Source of the DNA: Epiperipatus broadwayi
Taxonomy: Eukaryota > Animalia > Onychophora
Reading direction: 5' to 3'
Length of the DNA: 64,000 nt
NCBI GenBank assembly: GCA_028023455.1
Contig: JAQFVV010000003.1
Coordinates: forward strand, 25,606,001-25,670,000
In this document: piece after piece, positions 12,201 to 26,000 of the stretch
How positions within the stretch are numbered: position 1 is the first letter of the stretch
How the letters are laid out: each line of letters begins with the position of its first letter
Notes under the pieces: model-generated
What the model saw: the letters and a program-made list of their open reading frames with translations, nothing else
Told to the model about the DNA's origin: nothing
Database searches by the model: none
Program-made: the position numbers and the translations under genes

Positions 12201-13724
12201 TCATAGTAATGAAAGAAGATCAAGTATTAAAGAAGGGGATTGAATCTAAATTTTATTATTAAAAAAATAATAATACCAGCTAAAATTAACCTTCCCTCCC
12301 TGTTCCTCTCATGCTCACCTAAATTGAGCTGTTCCAAAAAATGTTGAATTGGCAGATTTTACATTCTGAATGATAAGAACAAATTAATAAACAAAAAGAA
12401 AATAATAGTAATGGGTACATAGATATAGGAAAACAAAAATTATAACATATAATGAACCAAATGCCATAAATCAATCAATTAAATTATATTTGGTGAGTCG
12501 ACAGAGTCCTTCACAGATCACAGCTCATATTTTAGGCAATTTCCTCCATGCAGATATGGATTGCTCATTACAGCTTCCGAATGGCACATTCTGAATAACT
12601 CCACTTTGGTCATCTGACATTTCCCTCCGGCCCTTGCATAGACATTCCATGCTGTACAAAGATATAGGCGATTAAAATGTAAACAATATGGATATTTAGA
12701 CTTCCATGGTTAGCAGACTAATGATCCCATGGATGGCAATCAATTTTTTTAGCCAGTTAACATATAATTTTTTTTTAATTAATTACAGTTTGCAGTAAAA
12801 GAAAAAATAAAATAAAGACTTTTCACATAGTCAACAATTGAATTATTCATTCATTTACTATGCTGACTATATATATAATTCTACTTCTAAATTCGGCCTT
12901 GATTAAACGTTTTGTTTTAATTTGTCTTTAATTTTCTTTTGGAAATTTAGAATGTTTTTACAAGAATATATCTGATTACTTACATTAATTTGTTTTTCTT
13001 TATCTATAGTCAAAATCAAATCTTTGCACTAAATTTACTTTTATACAATTAATACATTCAAACTAAAATCTCCATTTTGTATGGTGTTCAAAACCTCTGG
13101 TTCAAAAAAGTTAGCTTTTCATAGCAAATGTATAGTATTGAAGAAGAAAGGGTTATAATTGCATTTTCTTTTATAGTCAATGTCATTTCTGTTTCTTTGT
13201 GTACGAAGTATTTGATTTCCCTTTTACTTGCTGTATGTGCCTATTGTTGTGAATATATATATATCATGATAATCAATTCAAGAAATTACATTATACATTA
13301 TTTTTTCATTCTTATCTTAGGTTTCTTGGTGAAATACTTGATCTTTGATCATTACTAAGTTAGATTACATCACTGCTCTATCCTTGCTTGTGAAGTGTAT
13401 AACATTTAACACAAGTTACGTATTGTTATGCATAAATATTTGTACTAATTCTTTTAGTGGTTGATCTTACTTCTTCTAACAATTGGAATTTGCTTTGTTT
13501 CAATATATATATATAAGATTTTTCCATACATGAATTGTTACTCAGCTACTTAATGCAGTGCCGGTATATTATGCCTATGTAGATATGCGTATTTATTTAC
13601 TCAGATTTCACAAATAGTACATTAGTCAAACTTATCAATTTAGCCAGATATAAATATTGACCAAACATAACCTAACATTATAGGCTGCTAAAGGTTGGTG
13701 TGGGTACAATTTTAAGTTACCCTC

Positions 13725-13777
<53 letters not shown>

Positions 13778-13884
13778 AAAAAGGGGTGGCCTTGACAACA
13801 GTTTGAAATTGTTGATTGTTACTGATATTGTGATTGTCAAAGTATTGACTGGTTTTTAATGATATATATATATAATAAACTGTA

Positions 13885-14861
13885 GAAAATACTTTCAGTT
13901 AATTTCTTACGAAAACCATTAAAATTTTGCAGAAGTAAGCATCATTATGTTATAACCTAAGATTCATCAATTATAATGTTTACATATTGTCTACTAATTA
14001 AAGATATCCTATTTCTATATATTAAAATTGCTTTCTTAATTTTTTTATTATGGTTTCTCTTCTCATGAAGAATCTTCCAAATCAAAATTGAAAGTGAACT
14101 TGCATGTTTTTTACAATCAAAGAAAACAGATGCTGTTATTAAATCATGATTTCTCTTCTTTTATTATTATTTATATGACAGATGATGCTCTTTTAATCTT
14201 GTTTTAAAACTATACTTTGAATCACCTATATATGAAGCCTTGCACTTATATAAAATTTGATATATAATATTCTTTTGTTTCAATTAAATATATATATACA
14301 TACTAATTTAAAGCTGCAAAAAGTTAATGATTATTCCATATGTTTTAAGCTAAATTTTATTTGAAATATATATATAAATTTATATAATAATTTCATTTGT
14401 ACTCCATTTAATGTTAATAGATTGGTAACTAATTCAAAAAATATATCTATGAAACAAAAAGGTAATATTGTATTGATTTTATGTAAATATGCCTTCAGGC
14501 ACAGAGGAATTGAGCTGTAGTCTTGAAAAAAGATTTAAAAAGCATCAACTATTATATAAACATATAAAAAAATAAGCAAAATAATGATTTAATAATCTAT
14601 TTTTTTTTATCATGAAAAACATGTGAGTTTACTTTCAATTTTGATCTGGAAAATATTAAGATTCTTCATGAGGAGAAAAACCATAATAAAAGAGAAATTA
14701 AAAAAGCAATTTTGATAAATAGAAACAGAATATCTTTAATTGATAGACAATGTGCAAATATTAAAATTCATGAATCTTTGGATATAGTATAATGTTTATT
14801 TCTGCTAAATTTAAATAGTTTTCAGTTGAAGAAGGTTAAGAAATTAACTGAAAGTACTTCC
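13885..14861. repeat. About 1-kb degenerate fold-back palindrome
   Basis: The arms align by eye from the termini (gaaaatactttcagttaatttctta / taagaaattaactgaaagtacttc) inward to a symmetric centre tatataaatttatata near 14378. Confidence 0.85.
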
Positions 14862-15485
14862 ATGATTTATTGTGTTTATTTATAAAATGTATTAGCACCA
14901 TTACACTTTATAACTTTTATTATAATTTTATTACATTAAGTAAGTGCTATGAATGTGATAAGAATTGTCAAAAGCATATTTAGCAAATAATAAATAATTT
15001 TAAATTACAATACCTTTTCTGAATAAATGTTTTAAACATTTACATAAATATTACAATAATTATTCTATAAGATATTTTATTTTATTTCCATATATATTGA
15101 AATTAATACTAGAGCATCCAATTAAAATTCTAGAAGAGTAGCATGGTAATGTTATGCAAATTTTAAAGTCTAAATTGCAAATTTTTTTAAAGCAGTATTT
15201 TGTTGGATCACTATGTATATAATGTAAAGTAATATGGAATGTTTGACTATTCTTTTAATTTTTTGTTGTTAGAAAAAAATAAGACTTTATCATGGTGCTT
15301 TTATAGAGATTACAATAGATGATCTACTATTTATTTTTATTATTTAAGACTGTAAATTGCATAATGACAAAAGATTGTTAGTTTTTTTTTATGCATTGAT
15401 AAGCCACTAATTTATTTATTTACAAGCTTGCATTTGATTTGATTAATCAATGTATGTATATGTATATAATTAAAAGACTATGATG

Positions 15486-15597
15486 ATATATTTGCAACAT
15501 AACCATTTATTATTTCTAATCTGGGTTCAAATCTAAAAGACTTTGGCAATATATTTGCAACATAACCATTTATTATTTCTGACCTGAGTTCAAATCT
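15486..15597 (+). repeat. Tandem duplication of a 49-bp segment (63-bp period) ending in a B-box-like motif
   Basis: atatatttgcaacataaccatttattatttct...ctgrgttcaaatct at 15486 and 15549. Confidence 0.9.
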
Positions 15598-16269
15598 GTG
15601 TAGGATAAAATTTGAATTTTCAGGTTTCAAATTGATTTAATTTTTTTTTTTCAGATAGAAAGTCTTAGGTAATCTAATTAATCATCTGAAATTGGTCAGC
15701 AAATGGGTCACCTAAATGGTAAAAAGAAAACCGCAGTTTACTATTTTCTTAATCATTGGACAATTGAAAGCCTGATTATTAATGACTTTTTTTCATTATT
15801 TCTCTAAAAATGGGCTGTTTTTTTTTAAGTTTTTGTTTTGAAATGAGCTATTTAAAAACTATTTTACTTATGTAAGATTGTATTGAGGTAAAAAAAAAAA
15901 TAGAGATAGAGAGAAATTAATAATGAATTTTTGTGTGGAAAACTAAATAACATTAATAAATATGGTAGTTTAAATTCATAATAAGATAATTGATGTATAA
16001 AAAACTTTGCTTTACTGTTTAATAAAGAAATAAAGAACTATCCACATATATGACAAGAATAAAGTAATTAAGAACCTTATTTACTTTAAATAATACTAAA
16101 ACATGATCAAGTATCAAATAAACATTTTCACATAACTTCAGACACTATTCAGAACAAAATAGTTATTATGTTCAAAAACTGACCAGTAGTTTTATTGATG
16201 CAATGATTTATATGACATAAATGGAAAAAATAGACTTTATCTTTCAAATGTTGAAAAGTCATTTCTTTT

Positions 16270-16625
16270 AATCATTATCATCATCAACCATTATCAATCC
16301 ACTGCAGAATGAAGATCTCTCCAAGTTTAATCCATCTTCTCTTCTATTCTCCACATCATTCCTGCACACTTTTTTATTTCATTCATCCATCTCACATGTG
16401 GTCTCTTTCTGGGTCTTTTACAATCTCTTGGAATCCAGTTTAAGATTTTAATTGTCCATCTATTATCATCTCTACTAGCAATATGTTCATCCCAACTCTA
16501 CTTCAGTCTTTTAATTTTTTCATTGAGGTCAGTTTGTTCTCTTACCCATATATTGCATTTTCGATCTCTTCTTGTTACTCCCAACATGCATCTCTCCATA
16601 CTTCTTTGAGTGGTCTGAAGTCTCT
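16270..16625 (-). mobile_element. RTE LINE 3' fragment, same family as 4845-6515
   Basis: Near-colinear match to 4850-5220, including the catcatcaaccatt tail. Confidence 0.88.
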
Positions 16626-18438
16626 GTATTGCTCACATATATAAGTATGTGCGCACACACGCATATGTTGTATTATATTCTTTACCCTAAAGCAGATTGG
16701 GATTACAAGATATGTTAGAGTGATATACCAAAATAATAAACTTGATGATTGCAGATTATACACCATGTTGTTAATAAAACTTATACTAATTAAGGTAAAT
16801 TAATATTTGATAATACTTAGGAAGACTTGTGATTCTCTAGTACCCAAATGGTATATAGAGCACAATAATCCTGTTTCATGAATCAAAATTTTTTATTTAT
16901 TTACTCAGCTAAAAATCAATACAGCAATCTTTAGATTTTGATTTCGCCATTCTCTTTACCACAACTTTAAACAGAACAGGCAGGTGTGTGTATGTATTTT
17001 ATAGACTCATCTTAAATGTATTCTCAATAATGAACTTATTCAAACTGTAGAGATCTCTAGTCAAACTCAAAGAATTTATATTGGCCAATAAATCATCAGT
17101 AATGTAAGCAAATAGCCAATGGCACAAATAGACTAATCGAAGAACTCATTAAATCTCATTATTCACAGTAAGGTATGAAAACTGACTACAAAACTAGGAT
17201 CTTTTTAAAAAGTTAAATAACTAAGGGTTACTGTGTAACATTCTAATTTACAAAACTGGAATTATTCTAACAGTAATGCAAAGTTGTCCACTATTTGCAA
17301 AAATGTAGTTAAGCATGTTCAAACTCAGAGTGAAAAATTTCTAGTGGTAAATAGTATCAGATCTTCTATGAAACAAGCCAACGTGACTGAAAGTGTTTAT
17401 TGGTACGAGTCATAAAATTCTTCCAACCGCTATGTACATGCAATTCCGATCTGTAGGTTGTTACTGTCAACAACAATGCATATGTAATTCCTCCAATCGT
17501 AACCAGACTGAAAATTCTTTTAACTGCTGTGAATACATTATTATTGTAATTACACACAATAAATTTTCTGACATTCAAAAATATTTTCCGGTAGCAATAT
17601 ATATATACACACAACAATACACATACTATATCGTACTGATCGTGTTGGATGTGTCGTGGTTACATCATATGTTTGTGCAATTTAAACTTTTCTTCGTATA
17701 TATGTCAGTATTTGTATATAATATGTTCTCAATAAAATAAAATAAAAAGTATGTAGAGTACATTGTTTATTCAATATATTTATTTTTTAAATAATTTAAC
17801 ATAAAACATAACGTTACTTAACTTATTTAACATAAAACATTGAATTAATTTAATTATCAAACTAATAAGAAACTGTCGCAATCTATCAGAAAGGCGAAAC
17901 TCCTTCAGATTTTACTTGTGCAATCTTGGCCTTCTGGAAAAAATAAACCATATTTAATAGATTAATATATTTGACAAAAATAAAAGAAAAATCAACCGAG
18001 TTAACAGCTGCAAGTAGATGAACAGTATGTGAAGAATTTGTAAATTTGTTTTGGTTTATTACATTACAGAATTTAGATAATAGATTTGTATTTTTGAAGA
18101 CTTCATCACTCTGACTGAAGTCTGACATTTTCAATTTTAAACTCGTCATTTCCAGCATCTAATCTTATTGGCTAATCAATGGCAGGAACTGAATTGATAG
18201 TTATGGATTTAACACAGGATTTTTTTTTTTTTTTTTGAAAGTAGTAACATTAAAGATAAAAATAAACTTTACAAGTGTACTTATTGGAAATTTATATATA
18301 TATTAAAATGCTTTGCTAAAAGAATTCTAAAAATGTCTAAGAAATATTTTTTCAAGTAGAAAAAAGATTGTTCAATCTCTAAACATTTACATAGTGAAAT
18401 AGTTTTCTAAAATATCGAAAAAATCTCCTCATTTAATA

Positions 18439-18550
18439 TTTTTTTTTTTTTTAAGTGTCATAGCATCAACCGGGACGCGAACCCGCAACTCAGGCAACTG
18501 CCTGCTAGTGCAAGGCAGTCGCGCTGACCTCTCGACCACCAATGCTAGAC
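18439..18550 (-). mobile_element. Short tRNA-derived SINE with poly(A) tail and 13-bp TSD
   Basis: A box TGGTCGAGAGG, B box GGTTCGCGTCC. T-run at 18439-18452 on the plus strand. TSD tcctcatttaata at 18426-18438 and 18551-18563. Confidence 0.92.
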
Positions 18551-20645
18551 TCCTCATTTAATAATTAACTCTATCTAAAAGCAGATTATGTTAAGGTAAA
18601 AGATAAAATACAAAGTATTTCACACATTTTAATTTTAATTTTATGGCTAATGTATTGACACTCATTTGACTAATCATAATTATTTTGAGATTTTCACTCT
18701 ACTGCTATTTTTATTATTAGATGGTGTCATATTACCATGATCATATTAACTTTTTTTTTTCAAAATGTCCTATAATATAATAATTTTTCGCACTGCTTAA
18801 AAAACACTCATTATCGATAAAACAAGAGCAGTTTATCAGTAATTACCAGATGTTAGTGTATTTTGATGTTACTAAAATATATAATTGACTTGGAATCAAA
18901 TCTATATAAATGTTCAAACAGGTTAGCATGGGTTCAAAACCTTAAGGTATTTTAAATTTTAAACGTTTAGCTCGAATAATAAAATGGAGTTAAAGATATT
19001 TTCTAAATGCACAATTAATCCCAAGCCTCACTAATAAAAGCAAAAGCAAGAAACTGGTCTAGAAATGGAAACTTAAATGCATATTATCTGGTAATCACTA
19101 ATTATTTAATCTTACTATAGATGGCACTAGAGAAAACTACTCTTATTAGATAAGTTAAAGAATTAAATGATTTGTTATCCAAATTATTTTAATCTTATTT
19201 TACCAGCAGTCTTTCTGACTATTATCCAATTTTTAAAAAAATTATATTATTTTATGATATAACTAAAATAGGATAATTTCAACCTCATTGTTTATGTTTC
19301 AAGTTTGAATTCAGTTCTCTAGTTTATTTTCTTTACTGTCTATGGAATTTTCAAAAATTCATTGCCAATATCACAATACAAAAACATCATATTTATTATA
19401 TTGTTTTTAACTGTTCAACTTTCATATCCATAGAAAATACAGAAAAAATCATAGTCTGATCTTTCTTTATAATGGTATGTCTTTACTACATCTAAAAAAA
19501 ATTCCAGGTTTTTTAATGCATCTCTACCCTGTGTTAGTTTGCAACAAAGTCTTCTTAATATTAGATTATTTGCTGATAATGACATAATTATCCAAGGAAG
19601 AAAAGATTATCAGAAACCAATTTAAAAAAAGAGGAAGTTTACTTATATAATCTTGATAATTATAACAATTTTATTTTTTGTAGAAGTAATAAAAAATGTG
19701 GTATTATGATTTTTATTTTTAAAAAAAGCATTATTGCAAAAGAATTTATTAATATACTTTTCTTTCTGAATCTGTATGTATTAATTTTAAATACGCCCCA
19801 AAATATCACATGATAATCCATTCTTTATTATTTATATACAGATCACCAAATTTTAATTTCTTATTACCAATGGAATGATTTAAAATATTACTTTATAAAA
19901 TTAGTCTACAAAATAAAAAAATATAAAATTGTGATGATGAGTGACTTAAACATTGACATTTCTAAAAAAAATATCAAGATGTAGAGGATTATAAAAATTT
20001 ACTAGATGATTATGGTCTCATTAAATTTGTAAAAGATTATACTGAGAAGAAATTATTAAAGTTCAATTAGTATCTTCTTGCATTGATCATATTTGCAGTA
20101 ATATACATCAGAACATATTTCTACCACAAGAGTTGAAATAAAATTAAGATGACTATATTGCAATATTATATTTAAAAAATATTTCTGTTTATAATGATAA
20201 TAGTACCTGTTCATCACATGGTAATAAAATACAAAAATTGATAAATCACACTTTTGGGTTATTATTAAGAAAATTAATTGGAATGTTTTATTAGATATTG
20301 ATGATGTAATTTATTGAGTGATGCAAAGTGCTTATAAAAATGTGAAAAGATTTCTATAATTCATAACACAAAACATGGAGATATTAATTGGATTAATGAC
20401 AAAATTTGAATTGCTATTAAATGAAAAAAAATCTGTCTGAACTAAGTGCACAAAAATCATAACATTCTTTGCTATTCAACTATCAAACATTACATGATCA
20501 TCATTTATTATGCTTACGCAAGCTGTTTTTCACAAAGACAAAAACTCTCCATACAATAGTACCACTCAGTGCAAGCTAGAGTAATCAATGGATGCTGGAA
20601 GGCTTGAGCATAAAATCCCTATCTAGTGCCTACTCATTCAGTATC

Positions 20646-20676
20646 CCCAGACTAGTTTCTAGCTTTAATCAGTGAG
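20646..20676 (-). ncRNA. Damaged hammerhead motif in the left arm
   Basis: CTCA CTGATTA AAGCT A GAAA CTAG TC TGGG: stem II partly deleted and the core has a G to T change. Confidence 0.55.
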
Positions 20677-20717
20677 ATCCCTAAGATTTAGGTGCAGTGC
20701 TCTCAGATTCAAGGCTA

Positions 20718-20755
20718 CTCACTGATGAAAGCCACAAGCTAAAAACTAGTCTGGA
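20718..20755 (+). ncRNA. Minimal hammerhead motif in the right arm (GAAA mutated to AAAA)
   Basis: CTCA CTGATGA A AGC CACAA GCT A AAAA CTAG TC TGGA. Confidence 0.7.
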
Positions 20756-23020
20756 GATACTGAATGAGTAGGCACTAGATAGGGATTTTATGCTCAAGCC
20801 TTCCAGCATCCATTGATTACTCTGACTTGCACTGAGTGGCCCTACTATATGGAAAGTTTTGCCTCTGTAAAAAATATTTGCTATTTAATGAGTATAAGAT
20901 CTTTAAGAACAAAGTTAATAGGTTAATAAGAAAAGGAGAAAAAAAATATTATGAAAAACTTTTAATTCTATTAATATGAAAAAATATAAAAAAATATTGA
21001 TATGAAAAAATATGGAAAGAAATTAATCTAATTATATCAAAGAAAGCAAAAAATAATATTAACTTGAACAAAAATTTTGATATTAATGATAATTTTTTAT
21101 TACCAGATAGATTTTGCTTTACCTTTGTGAATCAAGTCAATAATCTAGTTAATAAGAATTTTATTTAATAGTAATATAGAGCAGAAAAAGTAGTCTATTA
21201 TCAATGAATTTATTAAGCCAAAAAACAAGATAATAAAGAGCTGTAATAACTATACGGAATCAGTTTTTGTTCCTGATATTGATAATATGCAATTATGTGC
21301 AATAGTAAAATTAAGTCCAAGTATTGGTGGTATTAGAATGTCTAATTTGAAGGATAATTTACATATATTTAATGATATATTATTCTTCATTATTAATAAA
21401 ATTATTCTCCAAAATAAATTTCCTGACATATTAAAAGTTATGATTATATCCATTTATAAAAATAGAGTTAAAAATGCCTTCAATAATTACAGACTTATAT
21501 CCATTCTTCCATTTATGTCTAAAATAATTGAGAAACATTTATATGACACTATCAAAAATTATTTATTAATTTTTTTAAAAAAATTATAATATGGGCTTAG
21601 GAAGGTAAGAGTATTATTGCTCTCTTAGAGGATTTTGCTGATATCGTAAATCTTGCCTTAAAGGATAAAACATATGTTTATGTTATCTTTATGGATTTTA
21701 AAATTGTTATTCTATTGTTCATGAATTATTTTTCTTATGTCTCAAAAAATATGAAATTTGTGACAAGATTTTTTCCACTGAAGAACTACTTAAAAGATAG
21801 ATATTATATTACTAAAATTAATGAGCTTTGAATAACAAACGTTTAGGTGAATATGGAGTTTCTCAAAGTCCTTTATTATTTTTAAACAATGTCAATGATA
21901 TTGGTGAAATTTGTAATAAAAAACAAATCTACCAGCATGCTGGTGATACTATTTTAATTAATATAAATCCAAATCAAGAAATTGTTTTCAAAAATCTTTA
22001 AACTAACTATAGTAATATTGTTAATTAGTGTTCTGCTAAAAAAATATTATTAATAAAAAGCAAAATTTATGCTAATATTTTCACCTCATTTAAAAAAAAA
22101 GTTTTGATATTCTAACCCACTCCAACACTTGTATAAACTCTCACAATTTTCAGTTTAAGGATTATAAATTGAAGAGGTTGAAAAGATTAAATATCTTAAT
22201 GCTATTGTTGATAATTGAATGTCATCATCAAATCACATTAATTAACTTTTACAAAGCAGATATTTTTGCTTTATGTTTTATAGATACAATATATTGATAA
22301 TAATTTATAACAAATTATGTGAGCCTCTATTATATGGAATTACACTATATGGTTTTTCAAGTCTATCTTAAAGACATTTCAAAATAAGATTCTAATTCTA
22401 ATACAGAGTATACCACACACTAAAGATAAAAATAGTGATTTACTTGATTTTGATAAAGTTTTACAGATTGCAATTAAGAAACATTATTTTAATAATTAAT
22501 TTAAGTTAGCAATAAATGTATCTTTTCATTTAGATACAGAAACATATATAGAAGTAAATTAAAAGTAAATATTCCAAAAATATTTAACAAATTACTACCA
22601 TATACGTTGAATATAAAAAAGTATAGGATTATTAAAAATGGAACTCCAAAATATTTCTCATATGTTTAAATTTATAGTATTGATTTGTTTTATTCTAAAT
22701 TCTAGATATTATTTTCTAAACAGCTTAAGGTTATTAAAAAAACCAAAAAGTATCTTCAATTTGTTTAAAATTTTGTTTTTGATTTGTTTTTATTGTATTG
22801 GTTTTATTTTTATCTTTAAATTTAATTATATTCACTGTTTATAATATATAATTTTATTATTATTACTTTATTAGTTTTCTTTTGTTATATGATAGTGTCA
22901 ATTACTTTTACATAATGATTATATTTTTGTACAAACCTAAGAAAAACATTTATTTTGCTTATTATATCTTGTTTTTCATATGTAATCAAAATAAAATAAA
23001 TTATTATTATTATTATTATT

Positions 23021-26000
23021 AATTTTATTATGCTGCTGATGATGTTTCAATAATATACTTTATTGTTAAAATGATATCATGATGTTTACATACTTATACC
23101 TTAATTAAAGTGGTATGATGATTTTTACAGATTTGGTTTGATTGAGATTTTCATTGCTAATTACATAGGTATGGATGAGTTGAATAGGGGTCTACATTGG
23201 TTAATTGTTTCCACGGTAGATTTAATTGTTTCCACGGTAGATTTTTTTCACATTATATTTTTGTTATTGCTATCATTATTTAATTTTACTATTTGTTTCT
23301 GATATTGTTGTTAGTTAGGGTCCCTCCTTCCATCTCTCATTAATATTCTGTTATTGTCTTTGTTCACTGGTCAAAAGTTTTATTCATTTGTTCAGCTGTG
23401 TGAGAATCCATATTTTATATTGTCCTTTTAATTTCTTGTTCACTGTTGCTTTTATTTGAATAGGCTGGGTTTATATAATGGCTAGTTTTTCATGCTCTTA
23501 TAAATCAGCTTGTAATTTTAATAGTGACCAGGTGGCTGCATAGATATCTGGATGTCAATCTTTGCATCTTTGTTCCTTATTAATGTGGCTGGATGCCATC
23601 TGGTATTATTTTCCAGGCTGAATATACATTATGTGCTCCAAAATGCATAAAGTCCAAAGATTTCTGCTGATGCTGTAGGGGTTGTCTGCTTGTGTGTAAA
23701 ATCTGTTAGCTGTTGTATAGTTTGTCTTGATCTAATATTGATTTAGCATATTGTTTTGTGTAGTATTTAGCACTGTACAATTGTAAAATGTGTTGTTGTG
23801 TTTCTTCAGCAGCATGGCATAGATTTCAGAATGGATCTATTGATCTATAATGATGATGGTATTGTAAGAAATAGAATGTTAGTAGTACAAATAGATTTAA
23901 CTTGATTAAGAAGTCAAAGAACTTCAGTTCCATTAACCATTTTATCAACTTTTTAAGGAGTTGCTTGTTGTTTACACCCAGCATTGGACTAAAGGTTTGA
24001 TTGTTTGTGACTGGATTGATCAACTCATATGTGTGCCAGTATGTGTATTTGCTTTCAGATGTGTGTGATAATTTTGACATTGTTTTGTGCTGTGCTAATG
24101 AAACTAGATATTCATTTGTGGGGTGTGGATGATCTGTAGGGATTTTGTCAAGGAGGTTTTGTAGCTGCAAAAACCATGCAGTGATTTTTGCCAGTAGATT
24201 TATTGTTTTTTGTGTATGGAAAACATGTATTGTATGTAGCCCCAGACTATTTCATATAGTTGTTTGACCAAGTTGTTTGATTGAAAGGGCTACAGTTTTT
24301 GTACCCCACTGCTTAAGAGTGATGATATGGCTGATATGAGTTTTTTGTAAAGTTGACAATCGGTGAATAATATGGAATTCTTGTTGTTATGAGTATGTTA
24401 AATAGGTGCATATTTGAATATAGGGATAAGTATGAATTTGCTGAAAGATGTGGTCATGTTTGTTGCTTTCTGTTTGAGCTTATTTTGAAGTGTTTGTCTC
24501 ATTCCATGCACTCCCAGGTAAAATGGAAGTCCAAGTAATGAATAGGTTTTCCTTGATATAGCTGTGTGTAGAGTTTGTTAGTATAGATGAACCATGTTGT
24601 TTTGCTTAGATTGAATTGTAGTTTGTGCATGTCTGTGTAATTTTGTAGTATTCCTTCTATTACTGGCATTTCTTTACTGATGATAAAAACACTGTCATGT
24701 CATCCATGTATGCAGTACATGAAATACATTGACAGTTCATGGTATTAATATTCCTGGTAATTCATTTTCAATCTGTTTTAAGAATGGATTTAGATATAAA
24801 AGAAACAGCAGTGCACTGAGTGAGGATCCTTGTGAAATTGTGTGGAAATAAACACTATTGTGTTTCTCCCATTAAGTGTGAGGTGTATCTTTTGGTTGAG
24901 TAAGAGCTTTGCAATGATGTATAGTAATATGGGTGGAATTATTGCATTTGCAAGCATGTTCATTATGACATCTATTGCAGAATAAAGTGCTGCTTGTATA
25001 TCTAGTTGAATTGCAATTGGGGCATACATTTTATCTTGCTGCACTGCACTTTGTATCATTTTAAATACAAGTGCAGCATGTGTGGTGGAGGATCCCTTCT
25101 TTGCATACTGCATGTTTGATATCAGGGGCAGTATGTATGTTTCTTTTTATCTTTGACTACCTTTTTTTCCAATAATTTAATTCCCAATGGACTCATGGAG
25201 ATGGGTCGAAGATTGTTGAGATTTGAAATGGCTATTGTTTTTTTTTGTTAAATGGGACTATTGCAATTGGATATAGTCCTCTAGTATTGTATATTTTTTG
25301 TGATAGGAAGTTAGCAAGGTTGCAAAGGTACTCTGTGGTAAATTGACTCAAATGTGAAAAGATAAATACTGGTATGCCATTAGTTCCAAAGTAGCAACTG
25401 TTGAGAATTTTTTTAAGTTTTTCAGCAAATTGTTGAATTTGATAAGAGAAGATCTGTTTCATGTGTTCCAAACTCATCATATTTAGAACTTTTGTTTAAA
25501 ATGTTGGTATATGGGGTCCAGCACATTATGTTCTGCATAGATGTTGCTGCTTATCTCAATTGCCATGGGCACTTTTCTGTTTTATGAATAGTCTAGTGTC
25601 CAGTGAATATATCAGCAAATCCATATGTGTTGTTGAGTGAGGCATATTTTTCATTTATTTGTGGCAAGGTATTCTTTTTATTGTTTACATATATTGAAGT
25701 ATAGATTTGTTAGTTTTTGAATGTAATGGTGGATGCTGCACTTGTGAAGATCATCTGCTAGTGCCATTAATTAGGAGAGTGATGGTATGTGATGTACATT
25801 GAAGGATAGTACATTGATGAATGAATGGTATTTTTGAATTGGATCTTGTGACATATTGTTAATTTTATTTAGCATGATGTAAGTCTCTAAAAATAGAAAT
25901 TTAGTAGTGGTGTTGTTGGGATTAGGAGTCTGATTGTTTTTTCTAGATGAATGAATGCTGTTTCGAGCTCTGAGAAATTTATTGTAATGGTTCATGCAAC

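Larger units (their letters stand above)
20477..20876. mobile_element. Repeat family HH-C: 400-bp palindromic insertion with 9-bp TSD
   Basis: TSD tttgctatt at 20468-20476 and 20877-20885. Near-perfect inverted arms at about 20526-20676 and 20718-20874. Homologs at 38345-38534 and 59648-59682. Confidence 0.9.
19560..23020 (+). mobile_element. Degenerate CR1/Jockey-group LINE (APE plus RT), interrupted at 20477-20876
   Basis: Motifs MSDLNID, SCIDHIF, NYRLISILPFMSKIIEKHL, FMDFK, YGITLYG. 3' end aataaaataaa followed by (TTA)n at 23001-23020. Confidence 0.85.

Noticed and set aside
18453-18550. Functional tRNA gene
   Set aside because: The anticodon arm is non-canonical, and the poly(A) tail plus TSD indicate a retroposed copy.
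23202-23243. 21-bp tandem duplication
   Set aside because: Real, but a simple slippage event within the LINE 3' region.
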